Assembly: GCF_006345805.1 (NCBI RefSeq)
Contig: NC_043018.1
Coordinates: forward strand, 6,448,001 to 6,512,000
Source: Octopus sinensis
Taxonomy: Eukaryota
DNA length: 64,000 nucleotides
Direction: 5' to 3'
The notes beneath the pieces are model-generated. The model was not told the DNA's origin and did no database searches. It was given only the letters and a program-made list of their open reading frames with translations. This document shows, piece by piece, positions 39,951 through 51,235 of this stretch. Made by a program: the position numbers and the translations under genes. Each line of letters starts with the position of its first letter. Position 1 is the stretch's first letter.

Positions 39951-40334
39951 TGAAGTATCCGTTTGTCTGTCTGTCTGTCTGTCTTCCTCCTTTCTTGTTC
40001 TGTCTGTGCATGCACATCACATTAGCCGCCTCTTCTTCCATTAATATCATTAAAGGAGAGATAGAAAAGAAAAGGAAAGGAAATATATCAATATCAATAA
40101 TTGGCAGGACTTGAACTCAAAACAATGAGCATTGAAGAAGCGAACAACAAACCTAATCAAATGAATATTATAGACTGTGAAAGTTGCTTCTTTTGATCAC
40201 TTTTAACAGAGCCATTTAGATAATAACATTACTATTGCTACTGCTACTACAAATGATAACTTATGCTGGTTTCAAATTTTGGTAGATGGCCAGTGATTTG
40301 GTGGGAAGGGAGTAAGTCAATTGCATCCACCCCA

Positions 40335-40836
40335 ATAATCAACTGGTACTTATTTTATCAACCCCGAAAGTGATGAAAAGCAAAGTCGACCTCGGCGGAT
40401 TTTGAATTCAGAACATAAAGGCAGACGAAATACCTATTTCTTTAAAACCCTCAAGGGGCTAAACACAGGGAGGACAAACAAGGACAGACAAACAGATTAA
40501 GTTGATTACATCGACCCCAGTGCGTAACTGGTACTTAATTTATTGACCCCAAAAGGATGAAAGGCAAAGCCGACCTCAGCAGATTTTGAATTCAGAACGT
40601 AAAGAGAGACGAAATACCTATTTCTTTACTACCCACAAGGGGTTGGGACAAACAAAGACAGACAAACGGATTAAGTCGCTTACATCAATCCCAGTGCGTA
40701 ACTGGTACTTAATTTATCGACCCTGAGAGGATGAAAGGCAAAGTTGACCTTGGCGAAATTTGAACTCAGAACGTAACGGCAGACGAAACACGGCTACGCA
40801 TTTCGCCCGGCGTGCTAACGTTTCTGCCAGCTCGCC
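40335..40836 (-). mobile_element. SINE family B multimer: one head followed by ~184-bp units in tandem
   Basis: Junction AAAGAAATAGGTATTTCGTC (on -) at about 40428 and 40612. Confidence 0.85.
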
Positions 40837-41881
40837 AGCATTTTGCCTGGCATGTTAACGATTCTTTTCTACTCTAGGCACAAGGCTCGAAATTTGGGGG
40901 GAGTGGGTGCCAGATCGACTCCAGTACACAACTGGTACTTAATTTATTGACCCCGAAAGGATGAAAGGCCAAGTTGAACTCGGAGTGTAAAGACAGACGA
41001 AGCACTGCTAAGCATTTTGCCTGGTGTGCTAACAATTCTGCCAGCTCACCACCTTAATAATAATAATAATTCTTTTTACTGTAGGCACAAGGCCTGAAAT
41101 TTTTCTAGTGGATGAAGCTAGTTGATTATATCGACCCACCCCACCCTCAATCCCAGTAGTCAACTGCTACTTTTTTCATCAACCCCCAAAAGGATAAAAG
41201 GCAAAGTTGACCTTGGTGGAATTTGAACTTAGAAGCATTTTGTCCGACATGATAATGATTCTGCCAGTTCATCGCCTTAGTATAAATAATAATAATAATC
41301 ATAATAATGATAATAATAATAATAATAATTAATTCTTTTATTGGCCACAAGGGCTGACAACAATTAATTATAACATAAAGGGACAAAACACAGGACGAAA
41401 TTTACAAAGGATTTTGTGGGCTACAGCAAATATTGTGCTCAATACCACAGATTTTCTTGTCATTTTTTTGACAATAACCAGTTGAGCATGTCCTTCAGTA
41501 CTTTTTCTATCAGTCTCTTTTGCCAAACTGCTAAGTTAGAGATGTAGACACACCAACACTAGTTGTCAAGTGGTGATGGGACAAGCACACACATACATAC
41601 ATGTATATATATGTGTGTGTGTGTATATATATATATATATAATATATATATATATATATAAGATAAGAAAATGGAGAAATACATCTCAATCAAATATCAA
41701 TTACCAGATAATACTCAATCACATACTTTATTAAACCACCACATAAGAGACTGTAGGGTTAAATATAAAAGGCAGAACAAATCAGTGTACATAAAGGAAT
41801 GTACATAAAAGAGTAATGTTGTATAATAATTAGAATATATATAAAAAAGAATATAAATACAAGTAAATATAAATATAAGCA

Positions 41882-42021
41882 TACATTAGATCTTACAACT
41901 GTTTCGGCCATGTAGATAAATATGTCTCATTTTACCAATATTAGCCCTTTATGGTTGGTCAATATATAGATATAAATGAGACATTTACAAAAATATCACA
42001 AGGCCTCTTCGGAGATTATGT
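41882..42021 (-). ncRNA. Type I hammerhead ribozyme-like motif with large stem II (Penelope-type), core U4C variant
   Basis: On -: TACATAATCT-CCGAAGA-GGCC[91 nt with hairpin]GGCC-GAAA-CAGTTG-TA/AGATCTAATGTA; GUA cleavage triplet. Confidence 0.6.
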
Positions 42022-42448
42022 AATATAACACAGTCTACACATATACCCACATGGGTGTGGGTGCGTACCCACAATACAACATATATATACATATGAGTGT
42101 ATATACTCACACTCCTATACATATAAAAAATATACATTTACATAATGATATAAATAAATAATATAAATTAGTAAACATATATATGTGTTCCACACCTAAT
42201 GTCTCAGTTTTTCGACTTAATATTGTGATAATAAACATACACAAATTAATACCTAGATGTAAATATACATAGTCAATAGTACATTATATTACTTCATAAT
42301 AGTTTCAAAAGTGTCATTAAAGTTAGTATCATTATCGTTGTCAATACAATTAATGTTATCATTCATAATATTATTAATAAATCTTACATTAAGATCCAGA
42401 GCAGAATATATGTATGTCCGTGTTCCAGTTAATAATTTTCCTTATGGC

Positions 42449-42485
<37 letters not shown>

Positions 42486-43150
42486 ACGGGGTTCTTTCAA
42501 TCTCTACCTACCGAATCTACTTTGGTTGGCCTGAGGCTATAGTGGAAGATACTGCCCAAGGTGTCACGCTGTGGGATTAAGCTTGGAACCATATGGTTAG
42601 AAGGCAAGCTTCTTACTAAACAGCCACACTTGCACCTATATATATATGTCTTGTTAGATTTGTTTTTCTTTAGAACTCTTTTAGGACTGTGCCAAGCTCC
42701 ACTGTATACTTTGGTATGGATTTTGCAGCTAGATATCCTTCATAATGCCAACCACTTTACAGTGTGGACTCAAAGCTTTTTACATGGCACCAGCGCTTGC
42801 AAGGTCACCAAGTAACTTGCAAGACAAAGAACCTTTGAGAAAGGAGGGGACATTGTAGGCTGTAGCTTTGTGCCTGGTGTTAAGAGGTTAGAAAAATGAA
42901 AGAGGGACAGAAACAAGTGTTTCGCTGTGGGGGAGAAACTTGGTTACCCCAGTCAGAGAGAGAGAGAGAGCAAGAATGAAAGAGATGGTAGCACTGTGCC
43001 AGGGCCATACTTTCAAAGTATGAGGATGTGAATATAAATGGGATAATAGAGGTTTCTTAGGGGTGCATTAGTAGGGAGTTCGTGTTAAAGCAAAGTATTC
43101 TTTACATTATTTACATTCGATGGATATTTGTCCTCATCTTGTTTGTTGTT

Positions 43151-43196
43151 AACACAACGTTTCAGCTGATATACCCTCCGGCCTTCTTCGGGTGTC
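43151..43196 (-). ncRNA. Minimal hammerhead-like motif in a Penelope-type repeat (about 43100-43245)
   Basis: On -: GACAC-CCGAAGA-A-GGCCG(loop)CAGCT-GAAA-CG-TT/GTGTT; palindromic ACGT stem III; sister copy at 49512-49640. Confidence 0.6.
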
Positions 43197-43339
43197 TTGG
43201 GGAAATTTCGAACCTGGGTTCTCATGCCTAAGGTATTTTTTGATATTATTATTATTATTATTGTTCAGGTCACTGCTTGGAATCGAGCTCAGAATCTTGG
43301 GGTTAGTAGCCCACGCTCTTAACCACTACGCCATATCCC

Positions 43340-43741
43340 CGTAATGGTTAAAAGCGCAAGACTTTTAGATCGGATGTGATTTTCTTTTGCTTTTTCTGAC
43401 AAATGGACCTTTCTGATACCTTTGTGGACAACGTTTCTGACTGTTCCTTCTGACACATGGAGATCTTTTGTAATTGACCTCATGGATGTTCTGGGATTGT
43501 AATCAATGGTCTGTTGAACTTGTTGGATAAATTTAGGTGTTCTGATGATTTCAGAGTGTTTAGAAAGCTTTTTATGCTTTGATACTGGTGACACAAACCA
43601 CAATAACAGCATGCCTCTTTGTTTCTTGATTAAGCTGAGGGTCTGCCATTAGTATTTTCTGAAACAAAGATTATACAGAGTTAGCAAAAAATGCAGGAGT
43701 GACTCCAAAAAAGTATGTCCCCAAATACCTTACACACCCTG
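43340..43741 (-). mobile_element. DD37D/maT-like mariner 5' half with TIR
   Basis: TA|CAGGGTG end identical to the 17805 end; translation RTPKFIQQVQQTIDYNPRTSMRSITKDLHVSEGTVRNVVH is HTH-like. Confidence 0.65.
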
Positions 43742-43747
43742 TATATG

Positions 43748-44635
43748 TAGGTGCAGAAGTGGCTGTGTGGTAAGACGCTTGCTTCCCAATCACATAGTTC
43801 CGGGTTAAGTCCCACTGCGTGGCACCTTTGGAAAGTGTCTTCTGTTAAGCCACAGGCTGACCAAAGCCATTTGGTTGATGGAAACTGAAAGAAGCCTGTG
43901 GTATATATGTATATGTTTGTGTGTCTGTGTTTGTCCTCCCACCATCACTTGACAACCAATGTTGGTGTGTTTACATACCCTTAACTTAGCAGTTCGGCAA
44001 AAGAGACCAATGGAATAAGTACTAGGCTTGCAAAGAATAAGTCCTGGGGTCGATTTGTTCGACTAATGGTGGTGCTCCAGCATGGCTGCAATCAAATGAG
44101 TGGAACAAACAAACAAATAAAAGACTATATATATATATATATACAGACACATGAAATGATGTATATATGTCTATGTATGCAAGTATGTGTGTGATGGGTA
44201 CACACACACATTTATATATAATATATATATATATATATATACACCCTTTTACTTGTTTCAGTCATGTGACTGTGGCCATGCTGGAGCACCGCCTTTGGTC
44301 GAGCAAATCGACCCCAGGACTTATTCTTTGTAAGCCTAGTACTTATTATATCGGTCTCTTTTGCCAAACCGCTAAGTTACGGGGAGGTAAACACATCAGC
44401 ATCGGTTGTCAAGCAATGTTGGAGGGGACAAACACAGACACACAAACATACATATATATATATATATACATATATACGACAGGCTTCTTTAAGTTTCCGT
44501 CTACCAAATCCACTCACAAGGCTTTGGTCGGCCCGAGGCTATAGTAGAAGACATTTGCCCAAGGTGCCATGCAGTGGGACTGAACCCGGAACCATGTGTT
44601 GGTTAGCAAGCTACTTACCACACAGCCACTCCTAT
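43748..44635. mobile_element. Tail-to-tail inverted pair of SINE A copies (43748-44120 +, 44245-44635 -)
   Basis: Both full length, ~125 bp apart. Confidence 0.88.
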
Positions 44636-45782
44636 ATATATAAATTAAACAGGGAGATGTAAGAAAGCTACACACCTAAGCTCAGTGAAAGAAAGGTAGG
44701 CTTCTATTGAATAGTGAGGGTGGAGTGATAATATGGGGGTGGGTGGAGGAGGAGAGGGATAATATAAGTAAACAGGTAGGTAGGTGGTGGGGAAAGTGGG
44801 GCGGGGGCGAGTAGATAGTGAGAGGAGTTAAACAAATAGCACAGGTGGTAGTCATGGTGGTTGAAAGCTATATTTAATTGCTCAGGTAATGGAGACAAGC
44901 TGCCTTCCAAATTACTTTACCTGTGTGTGTGTGTGTGTGTTTTATTCTCTTCTCTCTCTACCTCAGTCTTCTAACATTTTGTTGCCTATCATTCAAAAAT
45001 ATGAGATACATGTTACCTGAAGCCATTGTAAAAGATGCTTGCTCAAGGTACTGTGCTCTAGGACTAAAGCTGAAACCACATAACCGGGAAATGAGCTTCT
45101 TAACCACATAGTCACACCTGTAACCATTCATAATTCCACTGGTAATAATCATTCCATGCAGCAAGTAGTGTTTATATATATATGTGTGTATATCACTGTA
45201 ACCGACCAGGCTATCAGATGTTGCTACATATCGCTGGTCACAATGCGCTTCGTATTGTCTTAGCCTTCAAGTGACGCCACCCCGCTGGCTAAGTGAGCAG
45301 GCCAACAGAAGAAAGAGTGAGAGAAAGTTGTACAGCAGGGATCGCCACCACCCTCTGCTGGAGCCTCGTGGAGCTTTAGATGTTTTCGCTCAATAAACAC
45401 TCACAACGCCCAGTCTGGGAATCGAAACCGCAATCCTACAACCACGAGTCCGCTGCTCTAACCACTAGGCCATTGTGCCTCCACCATATATATATATATA
45501 TATATATATCATCATCATCATCATCGTTTAACATCCGCTTTCCATGCTAGCATGGGTTGGGCGGTTCGACTGGGGTCTGGGAAGCCAGAAGGCTGCACCA
45601 GGCTCCAGTCTGATCTGGCAGTGTTTCTACAGCTGTATGCCCTTCCTAACGCCAACCACTCCGTGAGTGTAGTGGGTGCTTTTTATGTGTCACCAGCAAA
45701 GGTGCCAGGGGAGGCTGGCAACGGCCACGATCGGTTGGTGCTTTTTACATGCCACCATATATATAGGTATGTATGTATATAA

Positions 45783-45946
45783 AGGTGCAGGAGTGGCTGT
45801 GTGGTAAGTAGCTTGTTTACCAACCACATAGTTCCAGGTTCATTCCTATTGTGTGGCACCTTGGGCAAGTGTCTTCTACTATAGCCTCGGGCCGACCAAA
45901 GCCCTGTGAGTGGATTTGGTAGACGGAAACCGAAAGAAGCCCGTCG

Positions 45947-45996
<50 letters not shown>

Positions 45997-46200
45997 TGTG
46001 TGTCTGTATTTGTCCCCCCAACATTGCTTGACAACCGATGTTGGAGAGTTTACTTCTCCATAGCTTAGTGGTTCGGCAAAAGAGACCAATAGATTAAGTA
46101 CCAGGCTTCCAAAGAATAAGTCCTGGAGTCCATTTGCTCGACTAAAGGCGGTACTCCAGCATGGCTGCGGTCAAATGACTGAAACATGTAAAAGAGAGTA
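45783..46200 (+). mobile_element. SINE family A copy (inverted fragments follow at 46230-46710)
   Basis: Match to the family. Confidence 0.88.
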
Positions 46201-48013
46201 AAGAATATATGTAGGTATTTATTGTATTCTATCTTGTTTCAGTCATTAGACCGCAGCCATGCTGGAGCACCACCTTTATTCGAACAAATGGACCTCAGGA
46301 CTTATTCTTTGGAAGCCTGGTACTTATTCTATCGGTCTCTTTTGCCGACCATGATGAATGTTATGTCATATGTATCAACCCCAATACTTACTTTTTGAAA
46401 GCCTGGCACTTATTGTATCAGTCTCTTTTGCTGTGCTGCTAAGTTATGAGGACATAAACACACCAACACCAGTTGCCGAGTGGTAATGGGGAGATGAAAA
46501 TGCATAGATATATGCACATATAGCCCCGTGTGGGCAATAAAGAAATATATATAAACAGTGGGCTTCTTTCTGTTTCCGTCTACCAAATCCACTCACAAGG
46601 CTTTGGTTGGCCCGAAGCTATAGTTGAAAACATTTGCCCAAGATGCTATGAACCTGGAACCATGTGGTTTGGAAGCAAGCTTCTTACCACACATCCACAC
46701 CTGCACCTATATATGACTGGCTTCCATGCTGATGGCACATAAAAAGCACCATCCGTACGTGGTCGATGCCAGCACCACCTTGACCAGCTTCCGTGCCGGT
46801 GGCACGTAAAAAGCACCCACTACACTCACGGAGTGGTTGGCATTAGGAAGGGCATCCAGCTGTAGAAACACTGTCAGATCAGACTGGAGCCTCGTGCAGC
46901 CTCTTGGCTTCCCAGATCCCGGTTGAACCGTCCAACCCATGCTAGCATGGAAAGCAGACGTTCAACGATGATGATGATGATTATATATTATCTTTTTTTA
47001 TTTTTATTTTACTTGTTTCAGTCATTAGACTGCAGCCCATGCTTTGGCACCGCTTTGAAGAAAATTTAGTTTTCCCAAATAACTGGGAAGTACACAGCCA
47101 TGCCTGCGGCACCGATAGGCTGAAGTTGGTAACTTCAGTCACCTAAGTGTCCTAATTAGCTGTAGTTATTTACGGCTGTTGTGAAAATGCTGTAACCGGA
47201 GTAAGAGTGGAATAGGAAACGGCGGCGAGAGTGCTGTTACTTCTTGTGGAAACCAAGAGCTGCTTGCATGAGTAAAGCCCTGACTTTCTGCTGCTAGTGT
47301 ACAAAAGTGTTAGGTTACATGGTAAGTAAATATGAATACAGGCGTGCGCAGGCATCGCTGTGTGGTAAGAAGCTTGCTTCCCAACCACATTGTTCCAGGT
47401 TCAGTGCCACTGTATGGCACCTTCAGCAAGTGTGTTCTGCTATAGTTTTGGGCTGACCAAAGCCTTGTGAGTGGACTTGGTAGATGTGGAAACTGAACGA
47501 AGACCATCGTATATATATATATATATATATATATTGTGTGTGTGTTTGTTCCCACCACCGTCACCATCACTTGACAACCGATGTTGGTGTGATTATGTTC
47601 CTGTAACATTAGCGGTTCAGCAAAAGAGACCGATAGAATAAGTACTGAGGGTTGGCTTGTTCGACTAAAGGCGGTGCTCCAGCATGGCCGCAGTCAACTG
47701 AGCAAAACAAATAACAGAATGAAGGAATATTGAATGCCATAGACATGCAGAGACAGGAAACCAGTGAGGTGCAAATGCTTCGCTGGATAATGTTAGCGAG
47801 TATCAACAACAGGAGCAAGAATTTTTTAGCGAAAAACTAGGAATGATAGAGTGGTTGTATACTGTCAACTTAACGTGACAGTCCCGTAAAGGGAATCACA
47901 CCACTGCTATTTAGCCCTAGGAAGCATCGTCGCTTCCTGTCGGCTTTGATACATTACCTGTGTCCTTATATTTGTGAAGGGGAGACAAGCACCCCCACCA
48001 GCTAATCCTGCAT

Positions 48014-48053
48014 CTAGAGACTAGTTTCTGAGTCTCGCTCGTCATCAGTCTAG
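48014..48053 (-). ncRNA. Minimal type I hammerhead ribozyme motif (Penelope-type)
   Basis: On -: CTAGA-CTGATGA-C-GAG(CGAGA)CTC-A-GAAA-CTAG-TC/TCTAG. Intact CUGAUGA and GAAA cores, 5-bp stem I, palindromic ACTAGT stem III, GUC triplet; a C.A mismatch closes stem II. Confidence 0.75.
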
Positions 48054-48076
48054 GATAGCAAGGCCTGCTAGCTGAG

Positions 48077-48744
48077 TGTATCTTTATTATGATCATGGTG
48101 ATCTTACATAGAATGAGATAATACAGGACAAACAAAAGACAAAGATGTTACATGAGTTCGCATGATATAAATGTTAAAAATTTACTTAAATAATATGTAT
48201 TTTATATATCGTTTGAATTTTCCTTTAAATAGAACTTTGATTTAAACTGAAACTAAATCAAAGAAAGACACAAACGAAACGTTATGGGTCACACCCGGCA
48301 GCCTGTAAGGCCCAGCAACGAACTTTTCCTTTCCTCAATGATTAAGCTGGGTTACTAACACCCACCATTTTCCTCACATCCTTCCTTCGTTTCTTGAATA
48401 CTCTTGTTGGCAGGGTCCTCTTCTCCAGCCCCATCTTGCTCTTCAGATGGTATCTGAAGTAGGTTAGCAAACCGGGGCCTGAGATGAAAGACCCTTTCAC
48501 TGCACCTTCCATTCTCGTTCTCCAGATGCACTCTTTCAATATTGCAGCCGTACAGTAAAAACATGCCTTACTTTCCTCTGTGAGTCCAGCTGGCGGTATC
48601 ATCTTTATCATAGATTCAGCTGACAGCTGTACTCACCCCAAATGCGACAACACGTGTTCGACGTAACTTATCAAGCTAGATAGCTCCCGACATTGTACAA
48701 TAGCGTGCTGGACAGTTTCCTTGTCACATCTTGGACACGTCGGC
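48077..48744 (-). mobile_element. 5'-truncated L1/Tx1-clade LINE with exact 16-bp target-site duplication
   Basis: AGGCCTGCTAGCTGAG at 48061-48076 and 48745-48760. Translation CPRCDKETVQHAIVQC (C-terminal zinc knuckle)...KECIWRTR...TAA at 48342, one internal stop; AATAAA 6 nt before the 3' junction. Confidence 0.85.
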
Positions 48745-49550
48745 AGGCCTGCTAGCTGAGATGTTTGCCAAGCCTTCGCAAATATATGTATATTTTCAGT
48801 GAATCACTGATCACCAAAATAAGAAATATTAAATTACTAAATATCTCAGAGAGATATGAGTGGTGGTGGAGTGATAGAGCGCTTGTATACCGTTAACTTA
48901 ATGTGACAGGAAGTGTCAATGCTTCCTAGGGCTAAATAGCAGTGGTGTGATTCCCTTTATGGGACTGTCATGTTAAGTTGACAGTATACAACCGCTCTAT
49001 CGCTCCACCACCGCTCATATCTCTCCGAGATATTGAGAAATTTAATATTTCTAATATAGGAATGATATTTTGCACCAATATTTTTTATTCCTGTAATGTA
49101 TTGTATTCCCCAGCATCCAAGTTGACATAGTATGTAGTGTAAACATGAGGTGCTGTGGTCTTCAACCATTTTTTGCCTGTGAACCTCTTTGATTCCTATT
49201 TTACTCTGCTGCAGGGGTTACCCTTTACTCTTTCTCTTTTACTTGTTTCAGTCATTTGACTGTGGCCATGCTGGAGCACCGCCTTTCAGTCGAGCAAATC
49301 AACCCCCAGGACTTATTCTTTGTAAGCCTAGTACTTATTCTATCGGTCTCTTTCATCGAACCGCTAAGTTATGGGGACGTAAACACACCAGCATCGGTTG
49401 TCAAGTGATGTTGGGGAACAAACACAGACACATGAACACATGTACACATATACATATATACGGCGGGCTTTTTTTAGTTTTTGTCTACCAAATTCACTCA
49501 CAAGGCTTTGGTACTTAGGAATGAGAACCCAGGTTTGAAATTTCCCCAAG

Positions 49551-49595
49551 ACACCTGATGAAGGCTGGAGGGTATATCAGCCAAAACATGTCAAC
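49551..49595 (+). ncRNA. Degenerate hammerhead motif (G12A) in Penelope-type repeat 49512-49640
   Basis: ACAC-CTGATGA-A-GGCTG(GAGGGTATAT)CAGCC-AAAA-CATGTC; GAAA is mutated to AAAA and the stem I 3' strand is lost. Confidence 0.6.
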
Positions 49596-50697
49596 AACAA
49601 ACAATATGAGGACAAATATCCATCAAATGTAAATAACGTTAGGTGAATAATTTATTTTTTATTAAGCGTGAGTAAGTGTGGGAACCTTTTGATACCACCT
49701 CATACATCTGAACCTAATTTTTGGTTGGCGAGTGTGTCCTTAAAATACCTTTGTGGATCTCCAGTTTACTATTTAGTTGCATGGACCCCCAAAATCTTAT
49801 ATGGACCCTCAGAGGCCATATGGGCCCCGGTTGAGAACCACTGCTCTAGCTAATGTTTAAAAATATCCTTTTGTATTTTTATAATTAAATATTAGGATTT
49901 GTATTAAAAATATTGTTAGAATATTTTGTGTATTGTATTTACCAACGTCGCCTTACTGGCACCTGTGCCGGTGGCATGTGTAAAAAGATTTGAGCAAGGT
50001 CATTGCCAGTACCACCTGACTGACCCCGTGCCGGTGGCACATAAAAAGCACCCACTACACTCTTGGAGTGGTTGGCGTTAGGAAGGGCATCCAGCTGTAG
50101 AAACTCTGCCAGATCAAGATTGGAGCCTGGTGCGGCCGTCTGATTCGCCAGCCCTCAGTTAAAATCGTCCAACCCATGCTAGCATGGAAGGTGGACGTTA
50201 AATGATGATGATGATATTGTATTTTGTGTATTGTAGAAGCATAACCATTTTATTACACATAAGTTTTAACAGTAAAATCTTATACAGAACCCCACCCAAG
50301 GGTCATATGGACCCTGGTTGGGAATCACTGATGTTCTGTAAACATTCAAACAGCATCACTATCTTTACAAATCTTGCTGCATTTCACATGGAATTTCTTT
50401 TGGTCCTCCAAAGTCATTTTTGTTTATAAGTTTATCTACTTTTTTTTTTTTTTTGGCTGTTAATTTTGGTCAGAAAATACAGTAAATTTTTCATGTTACA
50501 TCATCACCATTGTTATCATCATCCTTTAACATCCATTTTCCACAATGGCATGGTTTGGACAGTTTGACCAGAGCTGGCAAGCAGCAGAGTTGCACCAGGT
50601 TTCAGTCTTATTTGATGTGGTTTCTATGGCTGGATGCGCTTCCTGACACCAACCACTTTATAGTGTGTGATGGGTACTTTTTACATAGCAAACTTTT

Positions 50698-51235
50698 AGG
50701 TGCAGGAGTGGCTGTGTGGTAAGTAGCTTGCTTACCAACCACATGGTCCAGGTTCAGTCCCACAGTGTGGCACTTTGGGCAAGTGTCTTCTACTATAGCC
50801 TCAGGCCGACCAAAGCTTTGTGAGTGCATTTGGTAGACGGAAACTGAAAGAAGCCCATCGTATGTATATATATATAGCTTGCTTACCAACCACATGGTTC
50901 CGGGTTCAGTCCCACTGTGTGGCACCTTGGGCAAGTGTCTTCTACTATAGCCTTGGGCTGACCAAAGCCTTGAGAGGATTTGGTAGACGGAAACTGAAAG
51001 AAGCCCATTGTATATATGTATATATATATATGTGTGTGTTTGTCCCCCCAACATCGCTTGACAACAGATGCTGGTGTGTTTACGTCCCCGTAACTTAGCG
51101 GTTCGGCAAAAGAGACCGATAGAATAAGTACTAGGCTTACAAAGAATAAGTCCTGGGGTTGATTTGCTCGACTAAAGGCGGTGCTCCAGCATGGCCGCAG
51201 TCAAATGTCTGAAACAAGTAAAAGAGAGAGAGAGA
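50698..51235 (+). mobile_element. SINE A head duplicated in tandem followed by a full body
   Basis: 50698-50875 and 50875-51235. Confidence 0.85.

Larger units (their letters stand above)
47845..49052. repeat. Nested inverted-repeat structure (probable Penelope-like terminal repeat) hosting a hammerhead motif and a Tx1-like insertion
   Basis: 47845-47945 is inverted relative to 48905-48998; 48821-48909 is inverted relative to 48965-49052. Confidence 0.7.

Noticed and set aside
39005-40050. 336- and 229-aa Leu/Ser-rich ORFs (also 54276-55199)
   Set aside because: They are translations of (GA)n/(CT)n tracts.
44730-44810. G-quadruplex candidates (also about 11120-11160 and 12660-12685)
   Set aside because: Only three good G-runs or long loops; expected by chance in low-complexity purine-rich DNA.
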